Part shown: positions 39,601-52,900 of the stretch, piece after piece | Layout: each line of letters starts with the position of its first letter | How positions within the stretch are numbered: position 1 is the first letter of the stretch | From: the human T2T-CHM13v2.0 reference genome, Homo sapiens | Strand: one strand, 5' to 3' | Assembly (NCBI RefSeq): GCF_009914755.1 | Contig: NC_060933.1 | Length of the DNA stretch: 64,000 bases | Position numbers and translations under genes: made by a program | Notes under the pieces: generated by a model | The model's database searches: none | Told to the model about the DNA's origin: nothing | The model's input: the letters and a program-made list of their open reading frames with translations, nothing else

Positions 39601-42600
39601 AATGGAATTGAATGGAACGGAATGGAATGGAATGGAATCAACGTGAGCGCAGGGGAATGTAATGGAACGGAATGCAATGGAATGGAATCATCCGGAATGG
39701 AATGGAATGGAATGGAATGGAATGGAATGGAATGGAACAACCCGAATGGAATGGAATATAATGGAGAGTAAGGGAGTTGAATAGAATCAATCGGAATGTA
39801 ATGGAATGGAATGCAACGGAATGGAATGGAATGGAATGGAATGGAATGGAATGGAATGCAAAGGAATGGAATCAACCCGAGTGGCATGGCATGGAATGGA
39901 ATGCAATGGAATGGAATGGAATGGTATCAACTCGAGTAGAAATGAATGAAATGGAATGGAAAGGAATGGAATGAAATCAACTCGAGTGGAATGGAATGGA
40001 ATGGATTGGAATGGATTGCAATGGAATGAAATGGAATGGAATGGAATGGAATCAATCATTCCGAGTGGAATGGAAGGGAATGTAAAGGAGTGGAAAGAAG
40101 GGAATGGAATCAACCCGATTGGAATGCAAGGCAATGGAATGGAATGGAAAGGAATGGAATGGAATCAATTCGATTGCAATGGAATGGAATGGAATGGAAT
40201 GGAATGGAATGGAATGGAATGGAATTAACCGGAATAGAATGGAATGCAATGGAATGGAACGGAATGGAATGGAATAGAAGGTAATGGAATCAACACGAGT
40301 GCAGGGGAATGGAATGGAATGGAATGCAATGGAATGAAATCATCCGGAATGGAATGGAATGGAATGGAATCAACTCCATTGCAATGGAATGGAATGGAAT
40401 GGAATGGAATATAATGGAATGGAATTAACCCGAATAGAATGGAATGCAATAGAATGGAATGGAACGGAACCGAATGGAGTGGAATGGAATGGAATGGAAA
40501 GGAATGGAATGGAATGGAATGGAATGGAATCAACTCGATTGCAATCGAATGGAATGGAATGGAATTAACCCGAGTAGAATGGAATGGAATGGAATGGAAC
40601 GGAACGGAACGGAATGGAATGGATTGGAATGGAATGGAATGGAATGCAATTGAACGGAATGGAATGGAATGGAATGGAATGGAATGGAATGGAATGGAAT
40701 CAACGCGAGTGCAGGGGAATGGAATGGAATGGAATGCAATGGAATGGAATCTTCCGGAATGGAATGGAATGGAATGGAATGGAATGGAATGGAATAAACC
40801 CGAGTGCAATGGAATGGAGTGGAATGGAATGGAATGGAATGGAACAACCCGAATGGAATGGAATGTAATGGAGAGTAAGGGATTTGAATAGAATCAATCC
40901 GAATGTAATGGAATGGAATGGAACGGAATGGAATTGAATGGAATGGAATGGAATGCAATGGAATGGAATCAACCAGAGTTCAATGGAATAGAGAGGAATG
41001 GAATGGAATGGAATGGAAACTACACGAATGGAATGGAATGTAATCGAGTGTAAGGGAATTGAATAGAATCAATCCGAATGTAATGGAATGGAATGTAACG
41101 GAATGGAATGGAATAGAATGGAATGGAATGGAATGCAATGGAATGGAATCAACCCGAGTGCAATCGAATGGAATCGAATGGAATGGAATGCAATGGAATG
41201 GATTCAACTTGAATGGAATGGAAAGAATGGAATCAACAAGAGTGGAAGGGCATGGATTGGAATGCAATGGAATGGAATCAACCCGAGTACAGGGGACTGG
41301 AATGGAATGGAATGCAATGGAATGGAATAATCCGTAATGGAATGGAAAGGAATGGAATGGAATGGAATGGAATCGAATAGAATGGAATCAACTCGATTGC
41401 AATTGAATGGAATGGAATGGAATTAACCCGAATAGAATGGAATGGAATGGAATGCAACGGAACGGAATGGAATGGAATGGAATGGAATGGAATGGAACGG
41501 AAAGGAAGGGAATGGAATGGAATAGAATGGAATGGAATGGAATCAACGCCAGTGCAGGGGAATGGAATGGAATGGAATGCAATGGAATGGAATCTTCCGG
41601 AATGGAATGGAATGGAATGGAATCAACCCGAGTGCAATGGAATGGAGTGGAATGGAATGGAATGGAATGGAACAACCCGAATGGAATGCAATGTAATTGA
41701 GAGTAAGGGAGTTGAATAGAATCAATCCGAATGTAATGGAATGGAATGGAACGGAATGGAATTGAATGGAATGGAATGGAATGCAATGGAATGCAATCAA
41801 CCCAAGTGCAATGGAATGGAGAGGAATGGAATGGAATGGAATGGAAACTACCCGAATGGAATGGAATGTAATGGAGTGTAAGGGAATTGAATAGAATCAA
41901 TCCGAATGTAATGGAATGGAATGGAACGGAATGGAATGGAATGGAATGGAATGGAATGGAATGGAATGAAATGCAATGGGTTCAAATCGATTGCAATGGA
42001 ATGGAATAGAATGGAATGGAATGGAATGGAATGGAATTAATTCGAATAGAATGGAATGGAATGGAATGGAACGGAATGGAACGGAATGGAATGGAATGGA
42101 ATGGAATGGTATTGAATGGAATGGAATGGTACGGAATAGAATGGAATGGAACGAATTGTAATGGAATGGAATTGAATGGAATGGAATGGAATGGAATGGA
42201 ATCAACGCGAGTGCAGGGGAATGTAATGGAACGGAATGCAATGGAATGGAATCATCCGCAATATAATGGAATGGAATGGAATGGAATGGAATCAACCCGA
42301 GTGCAATGGAATGGAGTGGAATGGAATGGAATGGAATGGAACAACGCGAATGGAATGGAATGTAATGCAGAGTAAGGGAGTTGAATAGAATCAATCCGAA
42401 TGTAATGGGATGGAATGCAACGGAATGGAATGGAATGGAATGCAATGGAATTGAATCAACCCGAGTACAATGGAATGGAATGGAATGGAATGGAATGGAA
42501 GGGAATGGAATGGAATGGAATGATACGGAATAGAATGGAATGGAACGAAATGGAATGGAATGGAATGGAATGGAATGGAATGGAATGGAATCGTTCCGAT

Positions 42601-45600
42601 TGGAATAGGAGGGAATGTATTCGAGTGGAATGGAAAGGAATGGAATCAACCAGAGTGGAATGGAAGGGAATGGAATGGAATGGAAACTAATAGAATGGAA
42701 TCAACCCGAGAGGAATGGAATGGAAAGGACTGGAATGGAATGGAATGGAATGGAATCAACTCGATTGTAATGGAACGGAATGGAATGGAATGGAATGGAA
42801 TGGAATTAACCCGAATACAATGCAATGGAATGCAATGGAACGGAATGGAGTGGAATGGAATGGAATCAACCCGAGTGCAGCGGAATGGAATGGAATGGAA
42901 TGCAATGGAATGGAATCATTCGGAATGGAATGGAATTGAATGGAATGCAAAGCAATGGAATCAACTCGATTGCAATGGAATGGAATGGAATGGAAAGGAA
43001 TACATTGGTATCAACCCGAGTGGAATGGAATGGAAAGGACTGCAATGGAGTGGAATGGAATGGAATGGAATGGAATGGAATCAACTCGATTGGAATGGAA
43101 TGGAATGGAATGGAATGGAATGGAATTAACCCGAATAGAATGGAATGGAATGGAATGGAAAGGAACGGAACGGAATGGAATGGAATGGAATGCAATGGAA
43201 TGGAATGGAAACAACCCGACTGCAGGGGAATGGAATGGAATGGAATGCAATGGAATGGATTCAACTTGAATGGAATGGAAAGAATGGAATCAACACGAGT
43301 GGAATGGCATGGATTGGAACGGAATGGAATGGAATCAACCCGAGTACAGGGGAATGGAATGGAATGGAATGCAATGGAATGGAATCATCCGTAATGGAAT
43401 GGAAAGGAATGGAATGGAATGGAATGGAATTGAATGGAATGGAATGGAATCAACTCGATTGCAATCGAACGGAATGGAATGGAATTAACCCGAATAGAAT
43501 GGAATGCAATGGAATGGAACGGAACGGAACGGAATGGAATGCATTGGAATGGAATGGAATGGAATGGAATGGAACGGAAAGGAATGGAATGGAATGGAAT
43601 GGAATGGAATGGAATCAACGCGAGTGCAAGGGAATGGAATGGAATGGAATGCAATGGAATGGAATCTTCCGGAATGGAATGGAATGGAATGGAATGGAAT
43701 GGAATGGAATGGAATAAACCCGAGTGAAATGGAATGGAGTGGAATGGAATGGAATGGAATGGAACAACCCGAATGGAATGGAATGTAATGGAGAGTAAGG
43801 GAGTTGAATAGAATCAATCCGAAAGTAATGGAATGGAATGGAAAGGAATGGAATGGAATGGAACAACCCGAATGGAATGGAATGTAATGGAGAGTAAGGG
43901 AGTTGCACAGGATCAATCCGAATGTAATGGAATGGAATGGAACGGAATGGAATTGAATGGAATGGAATGGAATGCAATGGAAGGGAATCAACCCGAGTGC
44001 AATGGAATGGAGAGGAATGGAATGGAATGGAATGGAAACTACCCGAATGGAATGGAATGTAATGGAGTGTAAGGGAATTGAATAGAATCAATCCGAATGT
44101 AATGGAATGGAATGGAACGGAATGGAATGGAATGGAATCGAATGGAATGCAATGGAATGGAATCAACCCGACTGCAATCGAATGGAATCGAATGGAATGG
44201 TATACAATGGAATGGATTCAACTTGAATGGAATGGAAAGAATGGAATCAACACGAGTGGAATGGCATGGATTGGAATGGAATGGAATGGAATCAACCCTA
44301 GTACAGGGGAATGGAATGGAATGGAATGCAATGGAATGGAATCATCCGTAATGTAATGGAAAGGAATGGAATGGAATGGAATGGAATGGAATCAACTCGA
44401 TTGCAATCGAATGGAATAGAATGGAATTCACCCGAATAGAATGGAATGGAATGGAATGGAACGGAACGGAATGGAATGGAATGGAATGGAATGGAATGGA
44501 ACGGAACGGAATGGAATGGAATGGAATGGAATGGAATGGAATCAACGCGAGTGCAGGGGAATGGAATGGAATGGAATGCAATGGAATGGAATCTTCCGGA
44601 ATGAAATGGAATGGAATGGAATGGAATGGAATGGAATGGAATGCAATGGATTCAACTCGATTGCAATGGAATGGAATAGAATGGAATGGAATGTAATGGA
44701 ATGGAATTAATCCGAATAGAATGGAATGGAATGGAATGGAATGGAATGGAATGGTATGGAATGGAATGGAATGGTACGGAATAGAATGGAATGGAACGAA
44801 TTGTAATGGAATGGAATTGAATGGAATGGAATGGAATGGAATGGAATCAACGCGAGTGCAGGGGAATGTAATGGAACGGAATGCAATGGAATGGAATCAT
44901 CCGGAATGGAATGGAATGGAATGTAATCAACCCGAGTGCAATGGAATGGATTGGAATGGAATGGAATGGAATGGAACAACCCGAATGGAATGGAATGTAA
45001 TGGAGAGTAAGGGAGTTGAATAGAATCAATCCGAATGTAATGGAATGGAATGCAACGGAATGGAATGGAATGAAATGCAATGGAATTGAATCAAGCCGAG
45101 TACAATGGAATGGAATGGAATGGAATGGAATGGAATGGAATGATACGGAATAGAATGGAATGGAACGGAATGGAATGGAATGGAATGGAATGGAATGGAA
45201 TGGAATGGAATCGTTCCGAGTGGAATAGGAGGGAATGTATTCGAGTGGAATGGATAGGAATGGAATCAACCAGAGTGGAATGGAAGGGAATGGAATGGAA
45301 TGGAAACTAATAGAATGGAATCAACCCGAGAGGAATGGAATGGAAAGGACTGGAATGGAATGGAATGGAATGGAATCAACTCGATTGTAATGGAATGGAA
45401 TGGAATGGAATGGAATGGAATGGAATGGAATGGAATGGAATTAACCCGAATACAATGCAATGGAATGGAATGGAACGGAATGGAGTGGAATGGAATGGAA
45501 TCAACCCGAGTGCAGGGGAATGGAATAGAATGGAATGCAATGGAATGGAATCATCCGGAATGGAATGGAATGGAATGGAATGCAAAGCAATGGAATCAAC

Positions 45601-46980
45601 TCGATTGCAATAGAATGGAATGGAATGGAAAGGAATATATTGGAATCAACCCGAGTGGAATGGAATGGAAAGGACTGGAATGGAGTGGAATGGAATGGAA
45701 TGGAATGGAATGGAATCAACCCGATTGGAATGGAATGGAATGGAATGGAATGGAATGGAATGGAATTAACCCGAATAGAATGGAATGGAATGGAATGGAA
45801 CGGAACGGAACGGAATGGAATGGAATGGAATGGAATGGAATGGAATGGAAAGAACCCGACTGCAGGGGGATGGAATGGAATGGAATGCAAAGGAATGGAC
45901 TCAACTTGAATGGAATGGAATCAACACGAGTGGAATGGCATGGATTGGAATGGAATGGAATGGAATCAACCCGAGTACAGGGGAATGGAATGGAATGGAA
46001 TGCAATGGAATGGAATCATCCGTAATGGAATGGAAAGGAATGGAATGGAATGGAATGGAATTGAATGGAATGGAATGGAATCAACTCGATTGCAATCGAA
46101 CGGAATGGAATGGAATTAACCCGAATAGAATGGAATGGAATGGAATGGAACGGAACGGAACGGAATGGAATGCATTGGAATGGAATGGAATGGAATGGAA
46201 TGGAATGGAACGGAAAGGAATGGAATGGAATGGAATGGAATGGAATGGAATCAATGCGAGTGCAAGGGAATGGAATGGAATGGAATGCAATTGAATGGAA
46301 TCTTCCGGAATGGAATGGAATGGAATGGAATGGAATGGAATGGAATAAACCCGAGTGCAATGGAATGGAGTGGAATGGAATGGAATGGAATGGAACAACC
46401 CGAATGGAATGGAATGTAATGGAGAGTAAGGGTGTTGAATAGAATCAATCCGAATGTAATGGAATGGAATGGAAAGGAATGGAATGGAATGGAACAACCC
46501 GAATGGAATGGAATGCAATGGAGAGTAAGGGAGTTGAATAGGATCAATCCGAATGTAATGGAATGGAATGGAACGGAATGGAATTGAATGGAATGGAATG
46601 GAATGCAATGGAATGGAATCAACCCGAGTGCAATGGAATGGAGAGGAATGGAATGGAATGGAATGGAAACTACCCGAATGGAATGGAATGTAATGGAGTG
46701 TAAGGGAATTGAATAGAATCAATCCGAATGTAATGGAATGGAATGGAACGGAATGGAATGGAATCGAATGGAATGGAATGGAATGGAATGCAATGGAATG
46801 GAATCAACCCGAGTGCAATCAAATGGAATCGAATGGAATGGAATGCAATGGAATGGACTCAACTTGAATGGAATGGAAAGAATGGAATCAACACGAGTGG
46901 AATGGCATGGATTGGAATGGAATGGAATGGAATCAACCCGAGTACAGGGGAATGGAATGGAATGGAATGCAATGGAATGG
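36671..46980 (+). repeat. 10-kb-class unit 2, type B (10,310 bp): core + ~3.5 kb B tail
   Basis: Core matches unit 1 up to ~43505, then differs (GCATTGGAAT at 43541, GTGCAAGGG, GTTGCACAGGATC). Next start marker at 46981. Confidence 0.9.
39076..39185 (+). repeat. 55 bp tandem duplication private to unit 2
   Basis: GTATGGAATAAACCCGAGTGCAATGGAATGGAGTGG at 39076 and TTATGGAATAAACCCGAGTGC... at 39131. The other three units have a single copy. Confidence 0.85.
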
Positions 46981-49900
46981 AATCAACACGATTGCAATCG
47001 AATGGAATGGAATGGAATTAACCCGAATAGAATGGAATGGAATGGAATGGAAGGGAACGGAATTGAATGGAATGGAATCAACCCGAGTGCAGGGGAATGG
47101 AATGGAATGGAATGCAATGGAATGGAATCATCCGGAATGGAATGGAATGGAATGGAATGCAAAGCAATGGAATCAACTCGATTGCAATGGAATGGAATTG
47201 AGTGGAAAGGAATACATTGGAATCAACCCGAGTGGAATGGAATGGAAAGGACTGGAATGGAGTGGAAAGTAATGAAATGGAATGGAATGGAATCAACTCG
47301 ATTGGAATGGAATGGAATGGCATGGAATGGAATTAACCCGAATAGAATGGAATGGAATGGAATGGAACGGAACGGAAGGGAATGGAATGGAATGGAATGG
47401 AATGGAATGGAATGGAATGGAATGGAATCAACCCGACTGCAGGGGAATGGAATGGAATGGAATGCAATGGAATGGATTCAACTTGAATGGAATGGAAAGA
47501 ATGGAATCAACACGAGTGGAATGGCATGGATTGGAATGGAATGGAATGGAATGAACCCAAGTACAGGGGAATGGAATGGAATGGAATGCAATGGAATGGA
47601 ATCATCCGTAATGGAATGGAAAGGAATGGAATGGAATGGAATGGAATGGAATGGAATGGAATCAACTCGATTGCAGTCGAATGGAATGGAATGGAATTAA
47701 CCCGAATAGAATGGGATGGAATGGAATGGAACGGAACGGACCGGAACGGAACGGAATGGAATGGAATGGAATGGAATGGAACGGAAAGGAAGGGAATGGA
47801 ATGGAATGGAATGGAATGGAATGGAATGGAATGGAATGGAATCAACGCGAGTGCAGGGGAATGGAATGGAATGGAATGCAATGGAATGGAATCTTCCGGA
47901 ATGGAATGGAATGGAATGGAATGGAATGGAATGGAATGGAATCAACCCGAGTGCAATGGAATGGAGTGGAATGGAATGGAATGGAATGGAACAACCCGAA
48001 TGGAATGGAATGTAATGGAGATTAATGGAGTTGAATAGAATCAATCCGAATGTAATGGAATGGAATGGAACGGAATGGAATTGAATGGAATGGAATGGAA
48101 TGCAATGGAATGGAATCAACCCGAGTTCAATGGAATGGAGAGGAATGGAATGGAATGGAATGGAAATTACCCGAATGGAATGAAATGTAATGGAGTGTAA
48201 GGGAATTGAATAGAATCAATCCGAATGTAATGGAATGGAATGGAACAGAATGGAATGGAATGGAATGGAATGGAATGGAATGGAATGCAATGGAATGGAA
48301 TCACCCCTAGTGCAATCGAATGGAATCGAATGGAATGGAATGCAATGGAATGGATTCAACTTGAATGGAATGGAAAGAATGGAATCAACACGAGTGGAAT
48401 GACATGGATTGGAATGGAATGGAATGGAATCAACCCGAGTACAGGGGAATGGAATGGAATGGAATGCAATGGAATGGAATCATCCGTAATGGAATGGAAA
48501 GGAATGGAATGGAATGGAATGGAATGGAATGGAATGGAATGGAATGGAATCAACCCGAGTGCAGGGGAATGGAATGGAATGCAATGGAATGGAATGGAAT
48601 GGAAAGGAGTGGAATGGAATGGAATCAACCCGAGTGCAGGGGAATGGAATGGAATGGAATGCAATGGAATGGAATCATCCGGAATGGAATGGAATGGAAT
48701 GGAATGCAAAGCAATGGAATCAACTCGATTGCAATGGAATGGAATGGAATGGAAAGGAATACATTGGAATCAACCCGAGTTGAATGGAATGGAAAGGACT
48801 GGAATGGAGTGGAATGGAATGGAATGCAATGGAATGGAATGGAATGGAATCAACTTGATTGGAATGGAATGGAATGGAATGGAATGGAATGGAATGGAAT
48901 GGAATGGAATCAACCCGACTGCAGGGGAATGGAATGGAATGGAATGCAATGTAATGGATTCAACTTGAATGGAATGGAAAGAATGGAATCAACACGAGTG
49001 GAATGGCATGGATTGGAATGGAATGGAATGGAATCAACCCGAGTACAGGGGAATGGAATGGAATGGAATGCAATGGAATGGAATCATCCGTAATGGAATG
49101 GAAAGGAATGGAATGGAATGGAATGGAATGGAATGGAATGGAATCAACTCGATTGCAATCGAATGGAATGGAATGGAATTAACCCGAATAGAATGGAATG
49201 GAATGGAATGGAACGGAACGGAATGGAATGGAATGGAATGGAATGGAATGGAATGGAACGGAACGGAATGGAATGGAATGGAATGGAATGGAATGGAATC
49301 AACGCGAGTGCAGGGGAATGGAATGGAATGGAATGAAATGGAATGGAATCTTCCGGAATGGAATGGAATTGAATGGAATGGAATGGAATGGTATGGAATA
49401 AACCCGAGTGCAATGGAATGGAGTGGAATGGAATGGAATGGAATGGAACAACCCGAATGGAATGGAAGGTAATGGAGACTAAGGGAGTTGAATAGAATCA
49501 ATCCAAATGTAATGGAATGGAATGGAACGGAATGGAATTGAATGGAATGGAATGGAATGCAATGGAATGGAAACTTCCGGAATGGAATGGAATGGAATGG
49601 AATGGAATGAAATGCAATGGATTCAACTCGATTGCAATGGAATGGAATAGAACGGAATGGAATGGAATGGAATGGAACGAATCCGAATAGAATGGAATGG
49701 AATGGAATGGGATTAACCTGAATAGAATGGAATGGAATGGAATGGAACGGAATGGAACGGAAAGGAATGGAATGCAATGGAATGGAATGGAACGGAATGG
49801 AATGGTATGGAATGGAATGGAATGGTACGGAATAGAATGGAATGGAACGAATTGTAATGGAATGGAATTGAATGGAACGGAATGGAATGGAATGGAATCA

Positions 49901-52900
49901 ACGTGAGCGCAGGGGAATGTAATGGAACGGAATGCAATGGAATGGAATCATCCGGAATGGAATGGAATGGAATGGAATGGAATGGAATGGAATGGAACAA
50001 CCCGAATGGAATGGAATATAATGGAGAGTAAGGGAGTTGAATAGAATCAATCGGAATGTAATGGAATGGAATGCAACGGAATGGAATGGAATGGAATGGA
50101 ATGGAATGGAATGGAATGCAAAGGAATGGAATCAACCCGAGTGGCATGGCATGGAATGGAATGCAATGGAATGGAATGGAATGGTATCAACTCGAGTAGA
50201 AATGAATGAAATGGAATGGAAAGGAATGGAATGAAATCAACTCGAGTGGAATGGAATGGAATGGATTGGAATGGATTGCAATGGAATGAAATGGAATGGA
50301 ATGGAATGGAATCAATCATTCCGAGTGGAATGGAAGGGAATGTAAAGGAGTGGAAAGAAGGGAATGGAATCAACCCGATTGGAATGCAAGGCAATGGAAT
50401 GGAATGGAAAGGAATGGAATGGAATCAATTCGATTGCAATGGAATGGAATGGAATGGAATGGAATGGAATGGAATGGAATGGAATTAACCGGAATAGAAT
50501 GGAATGCAATGGAATGGAACGGAATGGAATGGAATAGAAGGTAATGGAATCAACACGAGTGCAGGGGAATGGAATGGAATGGAATGCAATGGAATGAAAT
50601 CATCCGGAATGGAATGGAATGGAATGGAATCAACTCCATTGCAATGGAATGGAATGGAATGGAATGGAATATAATGGAATGGAATTAACCCGAATAGAAT
50701 GGAATGCAATAGAATGGAATGGAACGGAACCGAATGGAGTGGAATGGAATGGAATGGAAAGGAATGGAATGGAATGGAATGGAATGGAATCAACTCGATT
50801 GCAATCGAATGGAATGGAATGGAATTAACCCGAGTAGAATGGAATGGAATGGAATGGAACGGAACGGAACGGAATGGAATGGATTGGAATGGAATGGAAT
50901 GGAATGCAATTGAACGGAATGGAATGGAATGGAATGGAATGGAATGGAATGGAATGGAATCAACGCGAGTGCAGGGGAATGGAATGGAATGGAATGCAAT
51001 GGAATGGAATCTTCCGGAATGGAATGGAATGGAATGGAATGGAATGGAATGGAATAAACCCGAGTGCAATGGAATGGAGTGGAATGGAATGGAATGGAAT
51101 GGAACAACCCGAATGGAATGGAATGTAATGGAGAGTAAGGGATTTGAATAGAATCAATCCGAATGTAATGGAATGGAATGGAACGGAATGGAATTGAATG
51201 GAATGGAATGGAATGCAATGGAATGGAATCAACCAGAGTTCAATGGAATAGAGAGGAATGGAATGGAATGGAATGGAAACTACACGAATGGAATGGAATG
51301 TAATCGAGTGTAAGGGAATTGAATAGAATCAATCCGAATGTAATGGAATGGAATGTAACGGAATGGAATGGAATAGAATGGAATGGAATGGAATGCAATG
51401 GAATGGAATCAACCCGAGTGCAATCGAATGGAATCGAATGGAATGGAATGCAATGGAATGGATTCAACTTGAATGGAATGGAAAGAATGGAATCAACAAG
51501 AGTGGAAGGGCATGGATTGGAATGCAATGGAATGGAATCAACCCGAGTACAGGGGACTGGAATGGAATGGAATGCAATGGAATGGAATAATCCGTAATGG
51601 AATGGAAAGGAATGGAATGGAATGGAATGGAATCGAATAGAATGGAATCAACTCGATTGCAATTGAATGGAATGGAATGGAATTAACCCGAATAGAATGG
51701 AATGGAATGGAATGCAACGGAACGGAATGGAATGGAATGGAATGGAATGGAATGGAACGGAAAGGAAGGGAATGGAATGGAATAGAATGGAATGGAATGG
51801 AATCAACGCCAGTGCAGGGGAATGGAATGGAATGGAATGCAATGGAATGGAATCTTCCGGAATGGAATGGAATGGAATGGAATCAACCCGAGTGCAATGG
51901 AATGGAGTGGAATGGAATGGAATGGAATGGAACAACCCGAATGGAATGCAATGTAATTGAGAGTAAGGGAGTTGAATAGAATCAATCCGAATGTAATGGA
52001 ATGGAATGGAACGGAATGGAATTGAATGGAATGGAATGGAATGCAATGGAATGCAATCAACCCAAGTGCAATGGAATGGAGAGGAATGGAATGGAATGGA
52101 ATGGAAACTACCCGAATGGAATGGAATGTAATGGAGTGTAAGGGAATTGAATAGAATCAATCCGAATGTAATGGAATGGAATGGAACGGAATGGAATGGA
52201 ATGGAATGGAATGGAATGGAATGGAATGAAATGCAATGGGTTCAAATCGATTGCAATGGAATGGAATAGAATGGAATGGAATGGAATGGAATGGAATTAA
52301 TTCGAATAGAATGGAATGGAATGGAATGGAACGGAATGGAACGGAATGGAATGGAATGGAATGGAATGGTATTGAATGGAATGGAATGGTACGGAATAGA
52401 ATGGAATGGAACGAATTGTAATGGAATGGAATTGAATGGAATGGAATGGAATGGAATGGAATCAACGCGAGTGCAGGGGAATGTAATGGAACGGAATGCA
52501 ATGGAATGGAATCATCCGCAATATAATGGAATGGAATGGAATGGAATGGAATCAACCCGAGTGCAATGGAATGGAGTGGAATGGAATGGAATGGAATGGA
52601 ACAACGCGAATGGAATGGAATGTAATGCAGAGTAAGGGAGTTGAATAGAATCAATCCGAATGTAATGGGATGGAATGCAACGGAATGGAATGGAATGGAA
52701 TGCAATGGAATTGAATCAACCCGAGTACAATGGAATGGAATGGAATGGAATGGAATGGAAGGGAATGGAATGGAATGGAATGATACGGAATAGAATGGAA
52801 TGGAACGAAATGGAATGGAATGGAATGGAATGGAATGGAATGGAATCGTTCCGATTGGAATAGGAGGGAATGTATTCGAGTGGAATGGAAAGGAATGGAA

